DNA of 64,000 nucleotides. It comes from Dehalococcoidia bacterium (GTDB lineage Bacteria > Chloroflexota > Dehalococcoidia > Plut-88900). A model generated the notes under the pieces. That model was not told where the DNA came from. It made no database searches and was given only the letters and a program-made list of their open reading frames with translations. The position numbers were made by a program, and so were the translations under genes. The stretch lies in contig CBDBLV010000005.1 of NCBI GenBank assembly GCA_965207225.1, positions 1,184,001 through 1,248,000 on the forward strand, read 5' to 3'. Positions 1-8,680 of the stretch are shown here, piece after piece. The first letter of the stretch is position 1. Every line of letters begins with the position of its first letter.

Positions 1-271
1 CGAGGCCGCGCTTCTTGAAGCAGGGGGCACAGACGAAGATGTCGCCACCGAAGGATGCGAAGCTTTCCATCAGGTCCTTGAGAGGCAGGAAGCCGTCCTC
101 GTGGATGTCGTCGACGTAGCCCTTCTGGGCGACTCGTACACCCTCGGTGCTGAGGAAGACCATAGTCTCTTTCTCCGAGCCGAGGGCGGCGTTGGCGATT
201 ACGAAGGCCACAGTAGCCTTGTCGGGGTTGTCTTTGGCATGGGTAAGGCTGACACAGAACTTATCGGACAT
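1..271 (-). CDS. DsrE/DsrF-like sulfur-relay protein (3' end runs off the window)
   Basis: Manual translation from ATG at 271: MSDKFCVSLTHAKDNPDKATVAFVIANAA...VFLSTEGV...IFVCAPCFKKRGL, a DsrE-family pattern with a CxxC; lies downstream of a TusA-like gene. Confidence 0.8.
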   Translation of the reverse strand, partial: MSDKFCVSLTHAKDNPDKATVAFVIANAALGSEKETMVFLSTEGVRVAQKGYVDDIHEDGFLPLKDLMESFASFGGDIFVCAPCFKKRGL

Positions 272-289
272 TTGGGTTCCTTTCAGGGT

Positions 290-523
290 CTATTTTTGTT
301 CGATCCAGTAGTGAGGGTGGTCTGCTTTGAGGAGTCGGCGGCCGGTGAGCCGGCACCAAGCGGGGATGTCTTGGTGGGCGCCGAGGTCGTAGGTTGTGAG
401 CTTGAACACCTCGCCCGGGGCCAGGGGCTGGACGCGCTGCCTGAGCAGGATGATGACCTCACCGCAGCCCATGTGGCCTGCGTCCCAATAATCGGCTGCA
501 GCGAATTCCTGAAGGGTGTCCAT
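290..523 (-). CDS. TusA/SirA-family sulfurtransferase
   Basis: DAGHMGC...DLGAHQDIPAWC pattern, 77 aa from ATG at 523. Confidence 0.8.
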   Translation of the reverse strand: MDTLQEFAAADYWDAGHMGCGEVIILLRQRVQPLAPGEVFKLTTYDLGAHQDIPAWCRLTGRRLLKADHPHYWIEQK

Positions 524-682
524 TCGGGTAGCAGTTTGGCCGTTATCAGTGTTAACCACGGATATGAAACGGCATTGGAGGAGTGTACCCAAGGGACGCA
601 TTGGCTACAAGGGGGTGCATGTGGAGTCTGCTATCCTTAAACTGTCCGGTGAAATACCCATGCTTTCAGTGGAGGAATCGGG

Positions 683-1294
683 ATGACGGAACTGGCAAAT
701 AAACGTTTGGACTATCACGTCCCCGCTCGAGAGGGCAAGGCGTTCAGGGTGTCCAAAGGCGAGTTGATCAAGGTGATTGATCTGAGAGGCGGCCAGGCGG
801 TCGACCTCTTCGCTTTCAACGTCGAAAACGTCAAGGAATTCCTTAGCGCCCACCACACCCGGCCTTCCATCGAGAGGCTGTTCCCCATTGAAGGGGAGGC
901 TTTCTATACCCAGGAGCGTCGGCCCATTATCACCCTCGTGAAGGACCACAGCCCCGGCATCCATGACCTGCTTTTCGCTGCGTGCAACCCGAGCCGGTAC
1001 CGGGAGTTGGGGGTGGAGGGGTGGCACGCCAGCTGCGAGGAGAACCTGCAGAAGGAGATGGAGAAGATCGGGGTGCCGGGCGTCGAGGTCCCGCAGCCGG
1101 TCAACCTGTTCACCAATTTCCCGGTGTTCCCCGATGGGCGGATGGGCGTAGCTGCTCCGCAGACCAAGGCCGGTGACTACGTGATTCTCAGGGTGGAGAT
1201 GGACTGCTGGATATGTGTCTCGGCGTGCCCGCAGGACCAGAACGACACCAACAGCGGCAACCCCACGGACGTCAGTGTGGAAGTTGGTTCGTAA
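683..1294 (+). CDS. DUF1989 / urea-carboxylase-associated family protein
   Basis: GGQAVD, HDLLFAAC, SCEENL, PVNLF, SACPQD motifs; GGAGG RBS. Confidence 0.85.
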   Translation: MTELANKRLDYHVPAREGKAFRVSKGELIKVIDLRGGQAVDLFAFNVENVKEFLSAHHTRPSIERLFPIEGEAFYTQERRPIITLVKDHSPGIHDLLFAACNPSRYRELGVEGWHASCEENLQKEMEKIGVPGVEVPQPVNLFTNFPVFPDGRMGVAAPQTKAGDYVILRVEMDCWICVSACPQDQNDTNSGNPTDVSVEVGS

Positions 1295-1311
1295 CCAACG
1301 AAAGAGACGTG

Positions 1312-1824
1312 ATGGAAGGCGCATCAATAGTAGAGCAGGTGGCAGAGGCGCTGAAGGAGCGGGGGCTGACTGTCTCGGTGGCTGAGGCCTGTACCTCGGG
1401 GCTGATAGCGTCGAAGCTGACCAGCGTATCGGGTAGTTCTCGCTATTTCCTGGGAGGCGTCTTGGCCTATGCCAACCAGGTCAAGGAGGGGGTGCTCGGG
1501 GTGCCGAAGGGCGTGATGGTCATGGAGGGGTCGGTCTCGCCAATCACAGCCCGAGAGATGGCCAAGGGCGCCCGACACCTGATAGGAACGGACCTCGCCG
1601 TTGCCGCAACGGGAGTCATGGGCCCGACGGGCGGCACCAGGACCAAACCCGTGGGACTGTTCTTCGTGGCGGTTGCAGGTGATGATATCGACGTTTGCGT
1701 GGAGAGACGCTTCTCGGGGGACAGGGCCGAGAACCGGGAGTCGGCGTCCAACGCCGCCATAGAGCTGCTGAGAGACATTCTGATGGGCAACAGCCCCGAG
1801 TCGGAGGTTCCCGCCAGGGACTGA
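1312..1824 (+). CDS. CinA C-terminal / PncC nicotinamide-mononucleotide deamidase family
   Basis: VAEACTSGLIA...SGSSRYF..G..AY.N..K...TG.MGP.GG..KPVG. Confidence 0.85.
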   Translation: MEGASIVEQVAEALKERGLTVSVAEACTSGLIASKLTSVSGSSRYFLGGVLAYANQVKEGVLGVPKGVMVMEGSVSPITAREMAKGARHLIGTDLAVAATGVMGPTGGTRTKPVGLFFVAVAGDDIDVCVERRFSGDRAENRESASNAAIELLRDILMGNSPESEVPARD

Positions 1825-2732
1825 TGGTACAGGAGGACGTTTCCCTCACGGAGGTCCGGGACGAAGCCATTGACATGGCCAAAGGGGCGGCCCGAATCCT
1901 CGAGAGCCATTTCGGAAACGTGGGGGGAGTGGAAGGGAAGGCGGGCAGCAAGTCCGACCTGGTATCCGAGGCGGACAAGGAGAGCGAAGCCTACCTGAAG
2001 GGCGAGATCGCCCGGCGTTTCCCGGGCCACGGGATCCTGGGAGAAGAGGGTACGGACGAGCAGACCGAGGAGTCGGAGTTTATATGGGTTCTGGATCCCC
2101 TGGACGGCACTCTCAACTACATCAACGGCCTGCCGATCTACGCGGTTTCCATAGGGGTGCTCCACAATGGGGAACCGGAGGTCGGGTGCATATGGACGCC
2201 TTGGCCCGCGAAGTCAGAAGGGGTGCTGTTCCACGCCTGCAAGGGGCAAGGGGCTTTCAAGGATGACGTTCCTGTAGCAGTGAAGCAGAACCCCGCACCC
2301 CAGCCTGGCCAGCTGGCCATATTCCACCGGGACTTCCGGATGATGTATACGAAGAATGCCGGCCCGAGCGCACCAATTGGGGAGGGTCGGGGGCCGGGGA
2401 GCCTGGCGTACGAGATGGCCCTGACCTCCAGCGGCGTGTTCCAGTATTCGGTGTTCACTGCGCCGCGGATATGGGATGTTGCAGCGGGAATCGTGCTGGT
2501 TAAGGAGGCCGGGGGCTCGGTGCTGACTTACGAGAGGGAACGGAAGCATTGGAAGGAGTTTTCCACGTTTCGGATGGGTACAGGGGATGGAAAAGTCGCC
2601 ACCCCCAGGCTCAGAAACTGGAACTCTCCCATAATGGCGGGCAATGAAGAGCTGGTGCAGTACCTGGCTAAGTTCGCCCGACACGAGACCTTTATAGAGA
2701 AGGTGAAGGGCGTCTTCGGGGGGAACGACTAG
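1824..2732 (+). CDS. Inositol monophosphatase family protein
   Basis: GEE, WVLDPLDGT.NY and WDVAAG motifs; TGATG overlap with the upstream gene. Confidence 0.9.
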   Translation: MVQEDVSLTEVRDEAIDMAKGAARILESHFGNVGGVEGKAGSKSDLVSEADKESEAYLKGEIARRFPGHGILGEEGTDEQTEESEFIWVLDPLDGTLNYINGLPIYAVSIGVLHNGEPEVGCIWTPWPAKSEGVLFHACKGQGAFKDDVPVAVKQNPAPQPGQLAIFHRDFRMMYTKNAGPSAPIGEGRGPGSLAYEMALTSSGVFQYSVFTAPRIWDVAAGIVLVKEAGGSVLTYERERKHWKEFSTFRMGTGDGKVATPRLRNWNSPIMAGNEELVQYLAKFARHETFIEKVKGVFGGND

Positions 2733-2744
2733 GCGGGCAAGCGT

Positions 2745-3515
2745 TCAGACCAGGGGCCAGGGGACCTCCCACCGGCTCCGCAGCACGGGCAACACTGGCT
2801 CACTGAGCACTTCCTGCATTCTCCTGGCCAGCCAGTCAATCTCTTCCTCGTCGAGTAGACCGTGTAGCCGGCTGGCAAGGCCCTCGGGGGTGTAGAACCG
2901 GGCGAGCTCACGGGCCACCGACTCGAGACAATCTCTCGCAATCTTTTCCCCGCCGAAGTCCCAGATGACCGTGCGGAGCTTGGGGTCGATGCTGAAGGTG
3001 AGGCCATGGTCGATGCCCCAGACCTTGCCGCCCGGATCCTTGATGCAGTGGCCGCCCTTCCTGTCCGTGTTGTTGACCAGCAGGTCGAAGACGGCGATGC
3101 GCTTCACCTCCTCTGGGTGGGTGTCCCGGAGGTCGAAGTAGTGGGTCTTGTGGGCATCGCGGATGAAGAGCTGGAGGGAGCCTTCGCCGTAGGGGCCGTC
3201 CCAGATGACGGTCGGGGGGATGAAGTGCCAGCCGAGGGTCTCGCTGAGCACGTAAGCGGCGACCTCCCTCTTGTACAGAGTGCCTATGGGGAAGTCCCAG
3301 AGTGGATTTTCGCCGCGGCGGGGCTTATAGATGCCGTAGTCGAAGGGCTTGCCGTCGAGGGAGAGGGCCACGAGGAAGGTGTAGTTAGAGCCCCTCAGGA
3401 CCTGGTCGCACCTGTCCGCCGTGGCCCGGGTAAGGTCGCGGCATATCTTGGGATGGCGGGAGGGGTCGATGCTCGGCCGAAGGGGGTCATCCGTCCCCTC
3501 GGCGTCCGGCGCCAT
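2745..3515 (-). CDS. SCO1664-family PI3/4-kinase-like protein
   Basis: GSNYTF, YKP.RGE.PLWDFP.GTLYKRE, NTDRKGGH, GIDHGLTF. Confidence 0.85.
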   Translation of the reverse strand: MAPDAEGTDDPLRPSIDPSRHPKICRDLTRATADRCDQVLRGSNYTFLVALSLDGKPFDYGIYKPRRGENPLWDFPIGTLYKREVAAYVLSETLGWHFIPPTVIWDGPYGEGSLQLFIRDAHKTHYFDLRDTHPEEVKRIAVFDLLVNNTDRKGGHCIKDPGGKVWGIDHGLTFSIDPKLRTVIWDFGGEKIARDCLESVARELARFYTPEGLASRLHGLLDEEEIDWLARRMQEVLSEPVLPVLRSRWEVPWPLV

Positions 3516-3516
3516 G

Positions 3517-4035
3517 CTATTGGAGCCTTTCGACAGCGTTGACGGGGTGGCCGTTGGAGCGGGAGCAGAAATGGCCGTCGGGGTTGATGGGCTCGTGGCA
3601 GAGGGGGCAGATGGGCCTGCCGGAGGAGCAGACCCGCAGGCTTTCATCGGCGAATTGCATCACCTGGGCCACCGTGGCCTCGAAAACGAGAGAGGCGACA
3701 TCGGCCTCGTCTTCAACATCGTAGTTCCAGAAGCGGAAAATGCCGCCCTCTTCGTCGAACTCCACGGCCTGCTTGCCCAGCTTGAATTCGAGGACCGGGG
3801 AGTCGAGGGCGGGGAAGTCGAGGCTGGGGGACTGGGCCCCCTCCATGTCATCCATCGTGCCCAGGGTCCTCTTGAGGTGGATCCCCAGCTCCAGGAGCTG
3901 CTCCTTTTCGAGCCAGATGACAGCCGTGCCCAGCTCCGAGCCGACCATTAGCCGGAAGGTGCGCTTACCGGGTTCGCCGATGGCCTCGGGGGCAAAGGTG
4001 TTGACGAGTCCCATGTCCTGGGTGGATTCGGGCAT
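3517..4035 (-). CDS. DUF3090 family protein
   Basis: AIGEPGKRTF, LEKEQ, C-terminal GRP.CPLC..PI.PDGHFC.R.NGH; usual partner of SCO1664. Confidence 0.85.
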   Translation of the reverse strand: MPESTQDMGLVNTFAPEAIGEPGKRTFRLMVGSELGTAVIWLEKEQLLELGIHLKRTLGTMDDMEGAQSPSLDFPALDSPVLEFKLGKQAVEFDEEGGIFRFWNYDVEDEADVASLVFEATVAQVMQFADESLRVCSSGRPICPLCHEPINPDGHFCSRSNGHPVNAVERLQ

Positions 4036-4213
4036 TGGTTCCTCCGGGAGACGCTTGGATGCGATGCGGCCCCTATTCTAACGTTTGGGGGTCGGGGCTT
4101 GCCATAACCGAGGTGGGAACCGGCAGGAATCCCGGTATAGGCTTCGACAGGCGGGGTGGGGTGGGTATAATGGCGCGGTTGTCCGAGGTCCCCAAGCGTT
4201 CAGGATAGATGCC

Positions 4214-5344
4214 ATGACAGAAGAGAGGATCACCAACCTGCTGCCGGAGTTCGCTATTGGGTCGGCGGGGCTGGAGGCGGCATTCGGGGCGGCCTACTTT
4301 GGGGCGTCGATAATCGCGGGATTTCTCGTGTATTTCATCGTCACAAGGATAATCAGGACGGCCACGGGCAAGACCGGGACCTCCCTGGACGATAAGATTG
4401 TCGACGCCGTGGGACGGCCTGTGTTCCTGTTCGTGGTCTTGTTCGGCGCGTATGCGGGGTTGACCGCCTCGACCTTCCTTGACACTCACCAGGAGCAGGT
4501 GGACAGGGGCCTCCTCTCCGCCGTCATCGTGGTTGCGGGATACCTGGTCAGCCGCCTGGTGCATGCATTGATCGCCTGGTATGGCGCCGAGATTGCGAGC
4601 CGGACGGAGACGACGTGGGACGACAGGATTCTGCCGCTGATCGAGCGGGTGACCAACGCGATCATATTCGGGCTGGTGATAATGCTGGTGCTCCAGGCCC
4701 AGGGTCTGAACATCAGCCCGTTGATCGCCGGTCTGGGCATCGGCGGGTTGGCTGTGGCACTGGCGGTGCAGCCCACGCTGGCCAACTTCGTAGCGGGAAC
4801 GTACACGGTGACCGAGAGCGGGATATCCGTCGGGGACTTCATCGAAATAGAAGGCGGGCCATCCGGGTGGGTCGAGCAGGTGGGGTGGAGGACTACGAAG
4901 ATACGGACATTCTGGAACAACCGGGTGATTATTCCGAACGGGAAACTCTCGGAGTCTGTGGTGACCAACTACCAGGGCCCCGACCCCTCTGTCTATGCGC
5001 TGGTGAACGGGGGCGTCAGCTACGACAGCGACCTGCAGCACGTGAACGACGTGGCCCTGGAGGTCGCCCACGACGTACTGAGCAAGACCGAGAAGGCGGA
5101 CATGAGCTACGAGCCGGCGGTAAGGTTCAGGAATTTCGGGGATTCGAACATTGACTTCATGGTGATCTTCAAGGTGAAGGGCTACGTGGACCAGTTCCTG
5201 ATCAAAGACCAGATCATCCGGGGCATCCACAAGCGGTTTGGAGAGGAAGGGATAGAGATCAACTACCCGGTGCGGAAGCTGGTCTACCCGCATGAGGTGT
5301 CGGGTGGGGAGGGAGACGGGAGCCCCCCGATAAACGGGGCTTAG
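4214..5344 (+). CDS. mscS: Small-conductance mechanosensitive channel (MscS family)
   Basis: TM helices, AGLGIGGLAVALAVQ.TLANF.AG, GDFIE, IPN..L, GVSYDSD. Confidence 0.85.
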   Translation: MTEERITNLLPEFAIGSAGLEAAFGAAYFGASIIAGFLVYFIVTRIIRTATGKTGTSLDDKIVDAVGRPVFLFVVLFGAYAGLTASTFLDTHQEQVDRGLLSAVIVVAGYLVSRLVHALIAWYGAEIASRTETTWDDRILPLIERVTNAIIFGLVIMLVLQAQGLNISPLIAGLGIGGLAVALAVQPTLANFVAGTYTVTESGISVGDFIEIEGGPSGWVEQVGWRTTKIRTFWNNRVIIPNGKLSESVVTNYQGPDPSVYALVNGGVSYDSDLQHVNDVALEVAHDVLSKTEKADMSYEPAVRFRNFGDSNIDFMVIFKVKGYVDQFLIKDQIIRGIHKRFGEEGIEINYPVRKLVYPHEVSGGEGDGSPPINGA

Positions 5345-5394
5345 GGGCGAGGGCGCCGGGCGCCGACGGGGTATGCGGCTGTGGGGGCGGGGTT

Positions 5395-5468
5395 TTGATT
5401 GAACGTTGATTGAACATTGATTAAACGTTGATTGAACTCGTAGCTGGTTTGATTGAATGACGCCTAAA
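5395..5468 (-). repeat. Phased 11-bp direct-repeat array (TTGATTGAACN on +) with a conserved 45-bp block shared with 45666-45710
   Basis: TTGATTGAACG TTGATTGAACA TTGATTAAACG TTGATTGAACT...TTGATTGAATGACGCCTAAA. Confidence 0.85.
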
Positions 5469-5517
5469 GGGATTTCTGGGGATTTCGCGTGGTGCGGGGG
5501 ACACCCCCAGCCCCACA

Positions 5518-5662
5518 GGGGAACCCTCACCCCCTTGATCCCCCTCTCCCCCTCGAGGGACTCGGGGCAGGCTCTCAGGGCCATTGAGGGAGAGGGGGAG
5601 AGAAGAACAGAGGCGGAGGTTGGCGCAGAAGCGCCAACCTCCGCCTCTAGTTCAATACTGGG
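5518..5662 (+). repeat. Dispersed two-hairpin repeat with variable palindromic core, copy R1
   Basis: GGGAACCCTCACCCCCTT..TCCCCCTCTCCC...AGAAGAACAGAG-[palindrome 5609-5648]-CTCTAGTTCAATACTGGG. Confidence 0.85.
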
Positions 5663-5686
5663 AGAAGAAGACAGGACACCACCCCA

Positions 5687-5851
5687 GATTCCTCGCGGGG
5701 CATCGGAATGACAGTGTGAGGGGCGTTGGTTGGTGTTTGCGGTCCCGCGCCAGGGAGGAACCCCGCCCCGTTCCGCTCTTGAGACCCTTCGACTCCGCTC
5801 AGGGCGAGCGGAACCCCCACCCGTAGGTTCCCGATCGGGGCCGGGAATGAC
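5687..5851 (+). repeat. REP-like palindrome cluster
   Basis: GATTCCTCGCGGGGCATCGGAATGAC, CCCTTCGACTCCGCTCAGGGCGAGCGG and TTCCCGATCGGGGCCGGGAATGAC, each recurring elsewhere in the window. Confidence 0.8.
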
Positions 5852-5859
5852 GGTGTAAA

Positions 5860-6502
5860 AGGTCGGGGCGGTGGAGAGGGTGGGGTAGGCGATGGAAGAT
5901 CCGTGACCAGGGCGCAGGGGCCAGGGGGCCAGGCTGCGCCAGACCCGCAAGTCGGCAGGGCTAGAGGAAGTATCCCTTTGCGGCCTGTCCGTATGCGGGA
6001 GACGCTCTACCATTCGGAGGGATGGGAGCGCGAACTCTCCGCCGTCTCCGGGTGTAAGGGCATCTCCGAGAGATGAGACGGGGGAGTCCTGAAAGGGGTA
6101 TGAACCCCAGACGCTTTCAACCGTTCGGAGGGGGTCGGGCGTATCCTCCTTCCCGTCGCCGTAGTAAAGGGGAGTTCCGAGGGAAGCGACGGGGGAGTCG
6201 AGCCGGGGCGCGATGGCCTCCGGGGACCCGAGGGTGTCGGGTCGTCCCCCTGGCCTGTAGCCGGGGGTGAGTGCGCCATTAAGGTGGCGCAGACGCGGGA
6301 GGGACCTGGGAGACAGGTGTGCCGCGTGTGGTCGATGGACCTTCCATCGCCTGGTAGGAAAGGGTGAGGGGCTGAGGCGCGTGTCGGTGGCCGGGCGGTC
6401 GCGCAGCGTCCGGGTGCGACGTGAGCTGATCAGGCTGGTGCGTCTCATAGACTCCTTATTCCTTTCCTGTGATGGGCCCCGAGGTACGAGGTCGGTGGCC
6501 TG
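5860..6502 (-). ncRNA. Putative structured ncRNA, copy A of a three-copy family
   Basis: Sigma70-type promoter upstream; helix AGGAAAGG/CCTTTCCT; 16-bp long-range helix 6337-6352 with 5887-5902; two 77-nt modules inside; no credible protein. Confidence 0.55.
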
Positions 6503-6508
6503 GGGTGT

Positions 6509-6537
6509 AGTATAGCACGGGGGTTCAGGTAGGGCAA
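6509..6537 (-). promoter_or_regulatory. Sigma70-type promoter of element A
   Basis: TTGCCC-17 nt-TATACT with extended TG. Confidence 0.65.
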
Positions 6538-6573
6538 ATGTGCAGGTTGGGGGGGATGCCCCTCGACCCCCCA

Positions 6574-6713
6574 GGGGAACCCTCACCCCCTTGATCCCCC
6601 TCTCCCCCTCGAGGGACTCGGGGCAGGCTCTTAGGGCCTTTAAGGGAGAGAGGAGAACTAGAGGGCCACGGGAGTGCTGCGCACCCCCGTGGCCCTCTAG
6701 TTCAGTACTGGGG
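6574..6713 (+). repeat. Variable-palindrome repeat, copy R2
   Basis: Same flanks as R1, different hairpin (6655-6703). Confidence 0.85.
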
Positions 6714-6892
6714 AGAGGAAGGGGGGAGGAGGGAAAAAGCGTGAGTGGGCAAGTCCTAGATTCCTCGCGGGGCATCGGAATGGGATGGGAGAAGGGGGGT
6801 AGATTCAGGGTATGGGGGCGGGATGAGGGTGCTGCTTCGGTTCGCTATGCTAGACTCTAGCCTCGGCCACACTCGATTTCAGGAGGAGAGAT

Positions 6893-7414
6893 ATGGAAGC
6901 TAACGAGCTGCTTACTAAGATGTTGAAGCAGAACCGGAGCATGGTGAGGAAGGCTTTTGACGGGCTTTCGGATGAGGAAGTTTCGAGGAGGCCGAGTGCG
7001 GACTGTAACTCGATGGCGTGGCTGTTGTGGCACCTGTGCCGGGTGGAGGACGGCTTCATATCCTCGTTGGAAGGGACGGGGGAGCTATGGGACCAAGGGT
7101 GGTCGGAGAAGTGCGGGATATCGGAGGAGACGGAGGGGATGGGGTACGGGCACAACGCAGGGGACCTGGAGACGTTCAGCGTGGGGTCGGTGGATGCCTT
7201 GAAGGAGTACTTCGGGGAGACGGAGAAGAGGGTGGCGAACTTCCTGGCATCGCTGACCCCCGAGGGCCTGGACAGACAGGTGCCAGCAATGATTGGAGAG
7301 GGTACAGTGCCGGTGGCTGCCCACATCCAGATCCTTGTGAACGAGGCGCTGGTACACGGGGGGCAGATTGCGTATTTGAGGGGGATGCACAAGGGGATGG
7401 GGTGGTATTTCTAG
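6893..7414 (+). CDS. DinB/YfiT-like putative metalloenzyme
   Basis: NSMAWLLWHL..VED...H.GQI.YLR; AGGAG RBS. Confidence 0.85.
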   Translation: MEANELLTKMLKQNRSMVRKAFDGLSDEEVSRRPSADCNSMAWLLWHLCRVEDGFISSLEGTGELWDQGWSEKCGISEETEGMGYGHNAGDLETFSVGSVDALKEYFGETEKRVANFLASLTPEGLDRQVPAMIGEGTVPVAAHIQILVNEALVHGGQIAYLRGMHKGMGWYF

Positions 7415-7490
7415 AGCGTGAGGGGTGGGAGGGTGACCCCTCCCTCACCCCGGGATAGAGTGGAGTCCCACCCACCCACCCTGTTTCATT

Positions 7491-7525
7491 GACATATCAA
7501 AAATGCAGTGCATTTTTGATATGTC
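7491..7525. repeat. AT-rich 17-bp perfect inverted repeat between convergent genes
   Basis: GACATATCAAAAATGCA-G-TGCATTTTTGATATGTC. Confidence 0.8.
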
Positions 7526-7662
7526 CTTCCCAAGGGGGATGCCGGGGAGGGCTGTGAGTTGTAGATATCGGGGTAGGTTTATGGATGGGCGTTGTAGATT
7601 CCTCGCGGGGCATCGGAATGGGAAGGAAAAGGAATCAGGATGGAAGGGGACGAGGAAAGGAG

Positions 7663-8664
7663 CTAGGTGAGGGTTAGGGCGGCGGCGCCGTTGATGCGGC
7701 CTTGTTTTAGGTCTATGAGGGCGTCGTTGGCGGATTCGAGGGGGTAGGGTTGGACGTGGGTGCGGACGGGGACTTCGGCGGCGAGGGTTAGGAGTTCTTG
7801 CACGTCTTGACGGGTGTTGTTGGCGGCGCTGCGTATGACTTTTTCGTCGTAGAGGTGTCGGGTGTAGTCGAGGGTGGGGATGGGGGTCATGTAGATGCCG
7901 GCGAGGGAGAGGACTCCACCCTTCTTCATGTGTTCAAGGGCCAGGGGGACCAGCTCGCCGGCGGGGGCGAAGATGATGGAGGAGTCGAGCTGGTGGGGCG
8001 GGCCCTGCTGCGCGGTCCCGACCCAAACTGCGCCCAGGTGTCGGGCGAGGGCTCCGTGCTCCTCGCTGCGGGAGAAGACGTAGACTTCCAGCCCCATGTG
8101 GACGGCTAGCTGGATAACTATATGAGCCGATCCCCCGAACCCGTATAGCCCCAACCTACCACCTGATGGGACATCGGCGAGGCGGAGGGCACGGTAGCCG
8201 ATTACCCCGGCACAGAGCAAGGGCACGGCCTGGAGGTCCGGGAAGGCGTCGGGGATGGGGAAGGTGAAAGAGGCCTCGCTGAGGATGTAGTCGGCGTAGC
8301 CGCCGTCGACGGTGTAGCCGTTGAAGAGGGCCGCTTCGCAGAGGTTTTCACGGCCTCGCTGGCAGAATTCACAGCGGCCGCAGGTGCGGTGTACCCAGGG
8401 GACGCCGACCCGGGTCCCGATCTCAAGCGCTTCCACTCCTTCGCCCAAGGCTTGCACCGTTCCAACTACCTGGTGGCCGGGGGTGAGGGGAGACTTCCTG
8501 GGCGGCAATTCTCCCTCGATGACGTGGAGGTCGGTGCGGCAGACGCCGCAGGCGGAGACCCGCACGAGGACCTGGCCCGGGCCCGGGGAGGGGATAGGGA
8601 CGTCGTTGAGTTCGAGCGGTCGGCGCTCCACGGGTGTGGGAGCGCTGAAGGACATGGCTCTCAT
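7663..8664 (-). CDS. Zinc-dependent alcohol dehydrogenase (AdhP-like)
   Basis: CGVCRTDLH, GHQ, C..C..C.......C structural Zn site, LCAG, GLYGFG. Confidence 0.9.
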   Translation of the reverse strand: MRAMSFSAPTPVERRPLELNDVPIPSPGPGQVLVRVSACGVCRTDLHVIEGELPPRKSPLTPGHQVVGTVQALGEGVEALEIGTRVGVPWVHRTCGRCEFCQRGRENLCEAALFNGYTVDGGYADYILSEASFTFPIPDAFPDLQAVPLLCAGVIGYRALRLADVPSGGRLGLYGFGGSAHIVIQLAVHMGLEVYVFSRSEEHGALARHLGAVWVGTAQQGPPHQLDSSIIFAPAGELVPLALEHMKKGGVLSLAGIYMTPIPTLDYTRHLYDEKVIRSAANNTRQDVQELLTLAAEVPVRTHVQPYPLESANDALIDLKQGRINGAAALTLT

Positions 8665-8680
8665 GGGTCGGGCCCTGCGC

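Noticed and set aside
4073-6775. 900-aa minus-strand ORF
   Set aside because: Antisense shadow of mscS plus translated repeats (LESPEIP- and ERGIKGVRVPL-type blocks, the latter occurring twice); Pro/Arg/Ser-rich and on a C-rich strand where stops are rare.
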